From positions 496,001 to 560,000 of the forward strand of contig OZ316896.1 of assembly GCA_973895155.1 (NCBI GenBank): 64,000 nt of DNA, given 5' to 3'. Positions within the stretch are counted from its first letter, which is position 1, and every line of letters starts with the position of its first letter. Both the position numbers and the translations under genes were made by a program. Origin of the DNA: Marsupella aquatica (lineage: Eukaryota > Plantae > Marchantiophyta). The notes beneath the pieces are model-generated. The model was given only the letters and a program-made list of their open reading frames with translations. It made no database searches and was not told the DNA's origin. Shown one piece after another: positions 22,501 through 36,563 of the stretch.

Positions 22501-25500
22501 AACGAGATTGACTACCGTTTGAGTTGCAAGTCACGCAAAGGAATTCTGCAAGCCTTGTCCAGGACGATGCAATAAATGGAAGGGACTGACAGTACTCCAT
22601 CATAAATATATGATTGTCGCATCCTGAATGAGCGGATGATTACTTAAATATGTCTCAGAGCAATTGAAAACTTAGATTCTGACCTGTGCGTAGACAAGGA
22701 ATCCAGGTGTGAACACCGCTGGTTTATATCCTAATGCAGACCCGAAAAGAGACCACTTTTTTGGCCATGGCGATTTTGAGTATCTGAGATATCTCTAACT
22801 TAACTTGAAGCTTAGAAATCGTGTCTGAGAGAATCATCTGTATACGGTATTGTCATGTCAGGTTTGATTACTATCTGTCAAGATTACAATAAATCTGACT
22901 CAATCTTTTGACATGCTCTCAGCCTCATGTCAAAATCTCTCATTCCAAGGAGGGTGTGCGTATAAGAAATGAATGAAAGTGCATTTGAAAGAGGAACCAA
23001 ATAAAATCTGTTTTGCAAATTTCGTCGTGGTTTTCCATTCCCAATCCATGGAGTTATTTCTGTGACTTGCTCTATGGCTGCGTAAGTTGTAGCAAGTTTA
23101 CTTTCCTCCTGCTATTCTGGTATATTCGTCGTTTGAGGTTTGCATTATCATCAGTGTTTAGTTTTCTGTCAGATGATTGTGCCGTACATGAGCTTATGGT
23201 TTTTGGCAATTATGGTCTTCTTCTGTGCAATTATTCTAACGTAGCGCTAATGCAGGAACTGTATTTGCGTATGGTGTAACAAGCAGCGGTAAAACTCATA
23301 CTATGCATGTGAGTATACTAACTTTGCCTCGATCGCCATCCCCTGTTGCCAACGTGAGTAGTCATATGAAGTCGATGTTTAGTAGCTGGACCAGCAAATA
23401 TACTGCGGAGACCGAGCTGAGACTAAGACCTGTGCACAGCTCGAGAATGAAAAATGTCAGTATACTTGGTCCAAAGATCTTGTTTGCGGAGCGATGAGAG
23501 ACATGGTGAAACCTGAGTTTGGGCATCTCTGTTTTCTACATCCGAGAAGTTTGTCCGCATGATTAGTAACCCGCAACATTCGTGATTGGCAGGGTGACCA
23601 GAAATCTCCTGGAATAATACCACTGGCTGTGAAGGATGTGTTCAGTATCATTCAAGAGGTATGGTACAGGTATTTAGTTTGATTTTTAAATATTCATAGC
23701 GATTAGTCGGTGTCGGTTGGGACTGTCGATTTGTGTAGAAAACTGGAATGGAGTACTTATCGGCGTAAAATGTTTCCTGACGATATTTCCAATAGACGGT
23801 ATACCGAACATGCTATTCTGCAGCTTTTCATCCTTGAATGTCACCAGTAAAGTTAAAATCATAAACTTTGTTGATTAAACTTGTGCAAGTAATGACAAGA
23901 ATATTTTGCCTGTCAATAAATCAACTCATAAATTCTTCGCTCAAGATTGGAACATCGAGTACAAGCTGTCGGGCATAACTGGAAAGAAAATAGCTTTTTG
24001 AATTGTTTCAGTTCCTAGCCTTCTGTATAATTAAGCGAGAAGATCCTCTGAGATATTCCTGAGGATTTGATTATTTTGGTGTCGTTTAATTCCATTATGT
24101 TGTGGCGAATGCTCTTGACATCATGCAGACCCCAGGAAGGGAATTTCTTCTCCGTGTCTCTTATCTTGAAATCTACAACGAAGTGAGTGGAAATTTGGGG
24201 CAGACCCTATCCGTATGCTGCATACTTTTCTGTCAGGAGAATCATTTCATGATCATCTGTGATGCATTTCTGTCCTTGCTATATCCCCGTATGGCCTCTA
24301 TGTTTGTCAGAAGTGGGTGTTCGTATTTTACGCTGGTAATGTAATCGAACATTTGTTTGCTGGGGTTGTACAGGTTATCAACGATTTACTGGATCCAGCA
24401 GGACAAAATCTTCGTGTTCGTGAAGATGGCCAGGTAGATCCAAGTCTGTTCATACACACTAAGTCTATGCCAGCGTTACCTTAACATCAACTGCTTTAGA
24501 ATCCCCGTTCCAGTCAATGGTATCAACTGTTATTCTGAAATGGTTCCGATTTTCATTCGCGCGACAGGGTACATATGTTGAAGGCATAAAAGAGGAAGTT
24601 GTGCTATCTCCAGCCCATGCCTTGTCTTTGATTGCCGCAGGAGAAGGTAAAAACTATACCATGGCACCCTTTAACTCCATTCCCAGTTTTATAAAAGATC
24701 AAAAGGAAAACGCAATTCTTTTCCTGTGGTGGATTCTTTGTGCAGGTAGGAGTGCAATGAGTTACATGCTTTGGCTCGCAGACATCTTCGTTTTGAGGGT
24801 TGCTTGAAGAACTTTGTACCTTCAGTCAATGTTATTCAATAGGATATTGTAATATGTCATTTTTCATTGTGGTGCTTTTGTGCTTCAGAACATCGCCATG
24901 TTGGTTCAAATAACTTCAACTTGTTAAGTAGCAGAAGTCACACAATCTTTACACTGGTATGATTTCTGCGCCTTCGTTGTGATGTTTCAAGCGTAGAATA
25001 ATTTATTGAAATAACAGTGCGCTTAATAATGAGCTCTCGATGGGGTTTTGTGGACTTTCAATATTGTGGAGTAATGAGTCTTATCAAAGCACTGTGTTTT
25101 GTGTTTATTTGAGAATGGTGAAGAGTATGTTTGATTCAGTGCGTTTAGCATCTGAATTTATGAATGAAGGGTGAATGAACGAATAGAATCACAAGAATAT
25201 GCGAGGCCTACTTTTAATTTTCACACCACCAATTGTTGTTGTAGACTGTTGAAAGTAGTGCGCGAGGAGAAGGATACAGTGAAGAGGATGTTACTCTGTC
25301 CCAGCTGGTAAGGTCCCCTGCTTTTGTCCTCATGGGTCAATCTTTTGTGGAATCTTGTGTTTGGGCTCTGCCATACTGACTTCAAGATATTTGCTTCGAG
25401 TCGCTGTGTCCGTTCTGTTGTCCATCTGTATCGGCTGGGACCATATAACAGTCTTGCTTTGGTATCGAGAGAGCAATCAGCTTCAATGTATCCCAATTCT

Positions 25501-28490
25501 TCAAGAGCATATTTCTACCTTATGCCTTTCAAAGTCGAGGTTACTATAGATGGATCGGGAGGGAAAAGCAGGGTTGTTGCAATTGCGAGATCCCTTAGTC
25601 TGAAAATCCAAGTGATTGTGGAAGCTGAAAAATTGGTGCCTCTTATTTTTTCGGTTTTTGGCAGAACTTGATTGATCTTGCTGGTTCTGAGAGTTCGAAA
25701 ACTGAGACCACTGGGCTAAGGCGCAAAGAAGGTTCATACATCAACAAAAGTCTGTTGACACTGGGCACGGTATGACTGCCTCTAGGGCTTCTTGTGATTT
25801 ATCAATATGTGATTTGGTTGTTGTATCAACTATGAGATTGGGTGCGGCCATCCCAAAGACTCGAGATTGTTGTGTGTCCAGTTGTGCTTTCGTGCTAGGC
25901 ATCTGAGAGAGAATGTTGCAGGTAATAGCAAAATTGAGTGAAGGGAAGGCTTCTCATATACCCTACCGAGATTCCAAGCTCACCCGACTCCTGCAATCAT
26001 CTTTAAGTGGCCATGGGCGGATATCGGTACAATCTCTTGTTCACCTACTTTTAGAACTATAGTAACTTTTGCTTTTATTGAAGGAGCGTATTGCTGAGAA
26101 CCATTGGCTTTTCTCCAGCTTGACTCGATATGACCTTTACATCAATCTTTTTGATATATGCCAAGAAAATGATAAATGAAAATTTTCTTGGTAGTTTGGT
26201 TCTTGAATCATGATTTTATTAGTCCCTTTGTCAGTAACGTGATACTGTCTCTCATTTATTTGCTGGGCCTTGTCCTTTTTGCAGCTTATTTGTACAATAA
26301 CTCCCGCATCAAGCAATAATGAGGAGACCCATAATACATTAAAATTTGCCCATAGAGCAAAGCGTGTGGAGATTCATGCCGCGCCAAATAGGGTATGTTC
26401 GGAACCTATCCCCTCTATTATTGGGTCTGTACATCTGAGTCCATAAGTAGGAACCTGCTTGCAAAGGAATCTGCTCTCAACATTTTCATGGTCTTCATTT
26501 TTTAAATCATCATTTTCGCAAAGCTGTTGGAGGTGTTCATTGCTGTCAGTTTTCTTGACAGATCCTTGACGAGAAGTCTTTGATCAAAAAGTATCAAAGG
26601 GAGATCAGCAGCTTGAAGCAGGAACTGGATCAGTTGAAGCGGGGTATTCTTGAGAAGCCATTTGTCGTGACAAATAATCACGAGGATCTCGTCACCCTTC
26701 GACAGCAGGTTGGATAACTCGGCCGAGTTTTCATCTCATGAGATTTGACCGTTTTGTAGGCTGAGCACAGTATACAATGGTTTTGTTTTATTTATTTCTC
26801 TTGGCACTTACGACATCTGAAAAAATTCCAGCATTGAGTATAGGCACCTAGAACACTGATCTTATCATTCGTGAGATGAGAGGTGTATGACTTATCGTCA
26901 GGTTGGCTGATCATCGGGAATGACTAATGTCTGTACTCTATATCTCCAAATGGTTCGCATAAGGTGGTCAGATGTACTCTAAGGAGCGCCCTGATCTGGT
27001 ACAATTGAATATTGTCCCGTGAATAGGTTTAGCTCATGCTGCTCCTACAATGCGAATTATGTTAATTTTGTCTACAAAAGAGGAATTAATCTATTTGCAC
27101 CCCAACTGTCGTTGTTCTAACCGGCAGTCCTCTTCAGTGGCTCATAAACAGCCATGTGCAATGGCACCAGCTTGAGTGTGTGCATTGGCACCAACTTGAG
27201 TGTGGGATTTTGAAAACTGGATTGCCCATGTGGATTCTGGGTACTTAAGGCCTAATCGCCTGTGTGGATTGAGAGTTTTTTCCACACATGGTATCTTCTT
27301 CAGTTGGGAGAAAGTAAATTTATGGCCTGAGTGTCCCCGCCGCCCTTCTCTTTGTTGTGTTTTGTGAGGCATTGGATGGAGGGGTGCTTATTCATCTTGT
27401 CTCTACTTGTGCCCATGGTTGCAGTTGGAAGCAGGTCAAGTCAAAATGCAGTCTCGTTTGGAGGAAGAAGAACAGGCCAAGGCTGCTCTCATGGGAAGGA
27501 TTCAAAGACTCACGAAGCTGATCTTGGTTTCTACTAAGAATTCTATTCCACCAACTCACCTTATTCAAGAGAAGCCTCTGCATCGGCGAAGGCATTCTTT
27601 TGGAGAGGAAGAGGTATGATTTGCCCGTGTTATCCTATTGTCCGATGCAACGGATTTCATGTTGCGTTGCACTTGCCTTAAATTTCACATGTACCAAGGT
27701 ATCTAATTTCCGATTTGCAGGAATGATAACCTATTTACTAAGAGAGTGATCGAATTACTGTACGCTTGAAAGGGAAGGTTGTTTTAGGGCTTAAGAGAGA
27801 AACCGGAACCAGCGTAGCCGACACCCAAGTAAAATATTCACAAAAGGCACTAGTTAGGGGCAAATCTTATTTGTGAATTCTGCACCATGTTGGGCAATCG
27901 GAGGAAAAAGATGAACAAATTGATTACGTTCTTACAAAAAGTGCATTTGCATTATGCGGTTCTTTGGATTGCAGCTAGCCTACCTTCCAGATAAGCGGCG
28001 TGATCTCGTCCAGTTGGATGATGAAGATGACTCAGGAAATGGTAATCCAGACTCAGAGGCATCGGCTGAAGGAAAGGGAGACAGCACTGAGCAGGAGGAG
28101 AGGTCTAAGGATGAGAAGAAGACAAAGAAGCGCGGAATGCTAGCCTGGTTCAAGCTCAGGGTATATCTAATACTTCAAAACAATATATATATATATCCAT
28201 TCTAGGATTCAGCCTCTAGAGTCTTGCAAATTGAGAGCAGTGATAAGGTTTTAGTCTTCTAACTTTGTTCAGGCTGCATTCTCGGGTTTGACTGATCTGA
28301 TAGCATTGGCTGTTGATACAATGTCCAGTGCCCCACCACCCCAATCCCTTCCCATCATTATGATGATGGGACCATCGTGTGAAAATTCATAGGATTGAAT
28401 ATTGAACATAACTTCAAAATTTAATGAATAGTCTGTCTTGGGTGGTCAGCGGTTGCTGACTACTGATGATTGTTTTCCTTTTTCCTGCTC

Positions 28491-28547
<57 letters not shown>

Positions 28548-31500
28548 CTCGAAAGCTATTTCCTGTCATCCGTTGAATCAGACAGATAATCTGTCTTTAT
28601 GCTACTGCTGACAAGCTAAACAAGACGCTGAACACTGAATCTTGTCGGTTTTGGATCGCAGAGGAACGAGAATCTTCATTTGAGTCCAGGTACAAGTCTG
28701 GACGTGGATAGCTCCCCTCTGGTATCGCCAGGCTCATTGCACACTCCCCTGGAACAGGTTTTGGATTTTAGAGGGGCTCGCAGAAATTCAATCAGTCGAA
28801 GGGTTGATGAACTCCTTCCTGAACCCACTCAAGCAGGAGAGCTTTTCAGTGCAACTGTCCGGGGTAGAAGGCCACCACCTGTAAGTTGTGGTTGGGGAAG
28901 TCTGTGTTGAGGAAATCGCCGATTTTCTATGGTTTCTCGTGAATTACCGTATTCAGAAGAATTACTACCCATTTTATGTTGAAAATAGATCAAGATGCCA
29001 TAATAAATTGTGTGGTTGTCCTGGTGTGCAGACTGGTACAACTATGGCAGATCAAATGGACCTTCTTCGGGAGCAAGTGAAAATGCTTCAAGGTGAAGTT
29101 GCTCTTTGTACAAGTTCGTTGAAGAGGTTGTCAGAGCAAGCTGCGCAGAACCCAGATGACTCGCAAATTCAGGTTTGTCCATTTTCTTTGTTGCAGGACA
29201 CTGTTTTCTCGCACACTTCAACAATTCTTTGACAGGAACTCATTTTGTCATTTCCCTCAGTTCATTTAGTAATGTATTTCTAGGACAGTTTGGGGTTCTG
29301 TGTCCCTGGACTGATTTTATGATGGACTAGCCTGGTTGTTGTTGTTAGATTCTTATACATCGACAACTGACGATATTTTTCAGATACGAATGATCGTCTG
29401 CTTGAAGGATTCTATTCTCAGAATTTTATTTTCTGTAAACTGTATTCCTCATTTTGGGATGCTTGGACTTTACAATCAAATGAATCCATTTAAATCACGG
29501 TGTCCCTTTCATTCGATCCAGGTTCAGATGCAAAAGCTCAAAGAAGAAATTTACGAGAAGAGAAGGCAGATGAAGCTCATAGAGCAGCGTATTGGAAGTG
29601 CCGACGGTGTTCCTGCAACATCATCGTCATTTGAAATGTCACAGGTATGCCAAACTTGGTTCCTTTGTGGATGTCGAGTCACTTTATGGTTGCTGTGTAT
29701 TTCGACTAGTGGACCGTATATACTTTTGCGATGTTCCCTGGTCAGCCCATATCTCGATTCACAGACCTTATTGTATTGCTGCATACCCCCGTTGATGTTT
29801 ACACAGCCATTCTTGTAAATGAGGTCTTATTTCTTTTGAGGTGTTTACTCAGAATGTTGTGTGTTAATGTTTTTGCTGCCTTGCAGACCATCTCCAAGCT
29901 CATGACCCAGATAAATGAAAAGGCATTTGACTTAGAGGTAGACGACTACCACCGAAATGTGATCCTTACTGATCGATTCGTTGAGGGTGCCCAGTTCTGT
30001 GGAGAGCTGTAGTTGTTTAGTAAAAAGCTGTTTTTAACGTCTGTGACAAATGGGAAAATTACAAATGCAATGAAAGTATGTTGGAATTCGTTTATCTGAA
30101 TAACGTGAGTTGTAATCATACATTTGGATTTAGTAAGTGGAATCTAAAGTTCATACTTCTACTGTGTTCGAGAAGTCAAATCCTAGTACAGAAGTACTTG
30201 CCCCAACATGATTCAGGGTACCTGAAAGTAGAGCAGCGAAAAGAACTCCCAAGGGAATTGCATTATCGTGAAATGCGGTTTTAATTCAAAGCTTTGGGGA
30301 AGAGAGAATGCTTAGGGAGAGTGCGTGCGAAGTACATTTTGTCATCCATTAATTTTTGGGCTGTAGGTGTTGTCAAAGAGTTGATTCCTAAATAGTTTTA
30401 GAGGTGTTCAACTGGGAGTTCAAATCTTTCCTGAGGGGCGAAACACCTTCTTCACCTTCAAGAACACTTCGTAGATGAATTACTTGCCCACCAGAGAAGT
30501 TGTCTACATCGACTTAACGATTGACCTCCTTCACATCTGCAGAACTGTCCAGAGAAATAAAGAAAAAGTCGAGTTATACTACGATACAGTATTGTTCATT
30601 CTTTGGCAAAGAATTCCGGAGAGTATGAATGACTATATTCGCAGAATGGGGGATAGAATGAAATCCTAATTGGTTCCTTTGTGATTGCAGATAAAAAGTG
30701 CCGACAACAGGATACTGCAGGAGCAGTTGTCAACAAAGGTACCTTTGATGACTTTGCATGCTCACAAGTCTCCTGTTCTATCATCTCTCAAACATGGTTT
30801 TGATTTTGTTTATATCTTCGAAAAATTAATCTCTGTGTATCTAGACGTCTACGAACACAAGAAAGATTGTAGCCAAACTTTCTAGTAGAACTTTGGAGAA
30901 AGAATCCAATTTTAGAATAAGAAACTGTAATTGCAATAATCGTTAATCAAGCGTAAGGATTTGTTTTTCAAGAAAAATTGATAGAATCTACCTTATGTGA
31001 AGTTATTCTTACGTTTGTCAATTGAGAAATACGTGATGTCCATGGCTGTGAGATGAAAGCTGATTTTTTCTTATATGTGTGCAGGCTGTAGAGATGACTC
31101 GGCTGCAGGAGACCGTGAAGGAGCTTCGGCAGCAGCTAGCAGCAGCATTGGAGAAGGTCAATAAACTTAGGTCAGCAGATAGTCTAGTGGAAAGCAATGA
31201 AGAGATTGGAGGTTGGCTAAACACTGGGGGATTGTCTGGAGAGCTTCGTGTTGTTGAAACCGGGTCAGATGCTGGGCTTCAGTCTTCGAGTAGAAGCTCT
31301 GGTGAAATCAACATTGAAGAACCGAAATCGCTTCGATCTCGAGTGGTTCAGCAGGTTTGGTCACCTAATATCTTATTTCCACAGCTTTATCTTCTAGATT
31401 TTGTAATATTGAAGCGGTTTATTATCTGCTGAAGATTCAAGCATTCCAAGTATTTCGGGGTACATACATTTCTTGAACAGTTTTCAAATGAGTCTGCGAG

Positions 31501-34106
31501 TTAGTTGTATCTGCAAGACTAGCTTGTACCAGTTTTTGAAGAGGGCTCTCCTGAGTGTGCGTGAGCTTAGGGTTGGCTATGCTCTATAATATGCACACGA
31601 TATAAATTTTCGACCAGTCCAATCTTTCACTCTTCAGACAGAGAGTTTGATAAACTGACTCTTCTTTATTATGCACAACACTCGAGGATCTGGATTGAGT
31701 TGAGGTGTAATGGAAACTTGTTACTTGTAAATTAAATTATTCATCAATTTCGGGTAAATGTTATTTTGTAAATCGGATTTAGTCCAGTACACTGACTTCA
31801 TATTTGTGTGATCTCAGCTCTCTGAAATCGAAATTCTAAAACAGGAGAAACTAATCCTGGTGGAGGAGAAGCAGAAGTTCAGCCAAGAGAGAGTGAAGTT
31901 GGAACAAGACAAAGAGAGCCTGCAAATCGAAGGACAACAGCTTGCAGACGAGGCTGCCTTTGCAAGAGAGCTCGCTTCACGAGCTGTGGTAGAGTTGAAG
32001 AATTTAGCTGACGAAGTCACCAAACTTTCCTACCAGAATGCTCAGCTATCCAGTGACTTGACAACAGCACAGGAGCTGGCATATGCCACCGCCGCTAAGC
32101 TGCCGCCAAAGTTGAAACACACTGTGCACAAACAATGCCAAACGGATGAGCAGAGTGTAAATGGCGTTCTCGACGATATCAATATCAGGGGGCCGCATGC
32201 CAACAAAAATCCGTACTTCAGTGACATGGGACAGGAATTGAAAGCTGCTCAGGAGATCCAAGATTCTCTAAAAGTGGCATTGATGGAGAAGGAACAGAAG
32301 GAGGCAGAGCTCGTAAAGCAGGTCGAGGAATCCAAACAACGTGAGACAGATCTCGAGAACGATCTCGCAGGGATGTGGGTCCTCGTAGCTCAGCTTAGGA
32401 AAGAGCAAGAGCTGGCAAAGTTGTCCGATAATACTCCCAAACAAGAGTCCAGAAGCAACAGTGTAGGCGAATACTTTCAGAATGAAAACAAGGGCGTAAA
32501 AGTTAAAGACGTGTACGAACAACCGAGTGTTCAATTGGAGGACATTCAATCGCAGCTGCGACGTGAACAGCAACGTTCCCAAGAGTTGGAGACAAGCATA
32601 TTGCACTTGAAGGTAAGGGTCTAGTAATAAGCTTCGACGGCCTCAATTTGTATTTCCTTTGTACGCTTTCAAAAGTGAGATGACCAGGACGAAATACGTT
32701 TTGACCTGCAAATCATTTTGTGCCTGAATATGGACTTTTCCTTGTTTTCCTGTCTGCTAGGGGATTAGTCAGTGGTGTTGATATCTAAGCATCTGTCTAT
32801 TTGTATGCTTTCGCAGAGCGAGCAGCTGGACGACCTCGATCTTGACACGCTCTATGAACTACAAAATGTTCATGTCGAAGCACTCACCAAGCTTTGCCAA
32901 GCCAAGGTATCCATCTTTCTGTACCTACTTTCAGCTTCGTTCAAATCTCCTGCTTTGACATAAACACATAACCTCCATACGACCGTTTGAATTGAACTTA
33001 TGTCTTAACCCATCCGAAAGACTCAATTCCTCTTTATTCATCAAACGTGAATCATTTTCGAATCTGCATTTTCTGCTGTCAAGATCATTTCTGATCGTTT
33101 CAATGAAGCTTATTTCCGAACGTATCCGAAAGACTCAATCCCTTTCTATTCATGAAACCTGAATCATTTATGATTATTTATATTCTGCTGTCTAGATTCT
33201 TTCTCAGTGAATCTTCGCTCTCTTGTCAATTTGTGGTTCATTGATGACACGTTCACAGTCAGTATTTCATGCCATTGTCAAACCCGATTGGTAATTTTCT
33301 CTTTCTTATCTCTGAAATTCTCTAACTTGGAAGTTGTCAAGAATTCTCGAACAAAATCTGAAAATGAGCGGACAGGACACGTTTCAAGGATAGTCTTTTT
33401 AAGCTCTTTGAATGTAACGTAATCTGTAATGCTGAAATTTAGATGATGTTGTGCTTGACGTGAAGTCTGGTTCATTCTTTCGCAGGGTCAAAAACAGAAA
33501 AAACTGGAGAAAGAAAGACTTGAAAGAGACAGGATGGAGAAGGAGCGGGAGCGCGAAAGACAGACAGATTTCCATGCCGGGACAGTAGGATCTGTTAGGG
33601 GAGGAGTTGACCAGCAACTGCACGAAGAGGAGCGCAGTGTTTGTAAAGTATGTTTCGAATCTCCAACAGCTGCAGTTCTTCTCCCTTGCAGACATTTCTG
33701 CTGTAAGTTGATTTCTCTTTCTTTGAGCATCAAGTTTGATTTATTCCGTTATCGCTTTTTCTTTGGATATCTCGCCAATGTCGTTCCCTTTAGTTGACTC
33801 TTCTCTGATGTGATATTCTCATGGCCATTTATTTGGTGTCCTTTTCCAACATCATTTCTGTCCTTTTGTAGATGGCAGGACGTTTCTTTGAGCTCCATTT
33901 CCAATCTCACTTGTTTTCAAGTTCATTTCAGTTTATTCAGACATATTCTCAGAATCCAAGTGAACTCTTCATGTCGTTAAGTTGAAGTGAAGAGTTTGAC
34001 GTGTGACATTGCTTTTGCAGTATGTAAGATATGTGCAGTCGCCTGTACAGAGTGTCCACTCTGTAGAAGTGCCATAACTGATCGGATTGTAACCTTCGCC
34101 TGCTGA
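19586..34106 (+). CDS. Kinesin-7 (CENP-E/MKRP-like, KIN-7D/M type): N-terminal motor, coiled coil, C-terminal RING-HC; ~26 exons
   Basis: Motor motifs [11 protein letters not shown]-loop [14 protein letters not shown] (exon ~23256-23308), [59 protein letters not shown]. Family motifs [83 protein letters not shown]. First exon 19586-19980, last exon 34021-34106. Confidence 0.93.
28490..28543. repeat. (TG)n microsatellite in a kinesin intron
   Basis: ~26 TG units with one TA interruption. Confidence 0.97.
33012..33195. repeat. Degenerate ~112-bp tandem duplication in a kinesin intron
   Basis: ATCCGAAAGACTCAAT...TATTCAT.AAAC.TGAATCATTT occurs at ~33012 and ~33124. Confidence 0.7.
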
Positions 34107-36563
34107 AGCCACAGGTAAAGAAATACTTTTTCTCCCAAAAATTCGATGCTTGCTTCACGGCAGTTGCATGAATGATTGTGTCCCCTCTAAATCTCCTTGA
34201 TGCATTCCCCACAGGGGTCTCCTTCCTGAACCTCCCTACCCCTTCAGAAATGAATCGAGAATCTAGCACTTGTGCGGAGATGGCCAGTCAAGTACAGTAG
34301 TCTGATCTCTTGGTACTGAGTTCATCATCCTCGGATAGTTCGATTTTCTGTTGTCTTTCAATCTGAATGAGGTTTCTTGGTAACTCGGTTCAAATGAGGG
34401 GGTTTTAGGAAAACTAACAAGTAATCTTTTCGGGATATGGATCGGATTTCTCCAGGGCTAAACTTGTGTTGTGTCTCACTGTCCCGTCTTTTGCAGGGAT
34501 AACCTAACCTCTATGTAATGTAACGGGCGTTTACTGCAAAACCGCTGCAGTCTTGTAGACATGAAGCTTTCTAGGAATTTTAGGCAATTCTTTTAACACT
34601 ATAAATGTCAGTGTAGAAATGCGGCCAAGACGCTGTAGTAGTAGGCAATAGAAGAAGTTGACACTAGTGCTGCCGGCATTGAGGATCTGTAATCTACCTC
34701 GGAATAGGTGGTAGATCCCAATAGCATTGAGTTGAATAGATGTGTGACCTTAACGCCTAGCAGGGATTTGTGCTTGATCTTTAGGGTTTAAACCCCTGCC
34801 AGGTCGTCGAGGATTCTCAGTGTGCTCGGGGGACCTCGTGTGCCCTCACTCAACCACCGGGGATGGCCGGTTCTGACCTTTTCATGGTCTACTTATTTAT
34901 TTCTGTTTACTCAAGAAAAGTTGAAGGATTTACAATAGCAAACTTTGATGTTCTACCGTGCAAAACCTCTACATTAGGTGTCGAGTGATCGCATTATGAG
35001 CATACTTATGTGTCTGGGAGATGCTCATTTATATTTTAGACAGCATACCTAATTTATGATTTTCTTACATTTTGCGTGAGCCGGTCAACAGTTTCCATTT
35101 TCTAGATCTGGTGTGGGAATCGGAAACAAGATACACCTCATTGCGAGTCCTCTTTGAGCAAAGCAGTGTCGAGAGTTTTCTCGAAGTAATGACATATCCT
35201 TTAACTTGCAATAACCGCCAGAATTGAACGATTTTCATGTACTTTCAGTCGAGATGGTAATTCAAAGGTGGAAATCTTCCTACGTTCAAATCTCACCACA
35301 TGAGTTCGAGCGAGACTTGGTTGATGAATTGCAACTGAACATGATGAATTTCAAAATCTTACATTTTGTTGCTCTCCGAAATTTGATCTTCACAATTAGG
35401 GACGATGTGTCTGAGAAATTGTGCAGGACTAACCGGAGGGAACAAATCGATTAACAAGGAACAAAGCTTACATTCTTCATGTCCTGTTCCAATGTGAACA
35501 GACTCGTCTTTCTACAGAACTTGCTTGAGTGCTTTAAGCTGGCATCTGGTCTGAGCATTCACATTCCCCACGTGAATTAATAGGAAGCAGGGAACAAATG
35601 TACTGGAGGTGAATTGTGAGTGTTGGTTGTGACTACCAATTTAATTCCATCGTTGGACCTGAAAGTGATCATCCCACACATTTCCTACGATTGTCCATTT
35701 CACCATAGGGAGCTCCCTATTCTATCATGAGTAGAGTGGCAAAAGTAGGCCTTGTTCAATACGAGAAACCAGTTTTGTAAGCGCCTGAGTGCTGCGTGCT
35801 GCATTGGTTGGCAAGTGGATTGAAGGACCTTTCATCCATGGCCACAGCATTGGCACCTACAACTCATCCTTGATTTTGCAAATTTAAGAATCTCATTCTT
35901 TAACTCCACGGAATCGTCATTGTGCATGTGACTAGTGCGACTCATGCTAACTTTTCATGGCTTACTCTTTAGTTAGTTTTACTCACACTAATTTTGTGTT
36001 AACACTATTTCCACATTTACTCACACTAATTTTGTGCTATTTACACATGAATGAGTTTTTGTGCTAAGACTATTTCCACATGAATGAGTGTTAGTGTCTC
36101 AAGAGTGAAAATATAGAGGGAAAAATTATATTGGAAAATACACAAGAATAGTGTTACTTTAGACTGAAGATCATCCATTGTTCACAAGCAATTTTAGAAA
36201 CCTGACAGAGACTGTTCTGGAAAACTGACAGTAATTCGTGTTACACTCAAAATCACTTTTACCAAAACTAATACTAAGGAGTACCTACTAAATACTATTA
36301 AGATACTACCAAAATTTCATACTAACTCTAACTCTTGGATAACACTAATTAGTATTCTATCAAAAATTTGTACTAACATGTACCTACTAAATCCGATCCT
36401 ACTTCCGAAATCTAAGGCCCTACTAAATCCGATAGAACAAAATGATGAAGGTGTGTAAAGCACATGATTCAAACAAATCTCAAAGTTGACATGTGACGAT
36501 CGGTATTGCTTGAAACAACTTCATGACGTCGGTTCCTTGGGAGCTTAGTGTGATGTCTACTCC

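Noticed and set aside
30355-30460. tRNA/SINE-like B-box (GAGTTCAAATC) in a kinesin intron
   Set aside because: No convincing A-box, cloverleaf, tail or TSD.
34770-34880. GC-rich patch in the kinesin 3' region considered as a TPP riboswitch or ncRNA
   Set aside because: Lacks the conserved CTGAGA and AACCTGA..AGG.TAATGCC.GCG.AGGGA cores.
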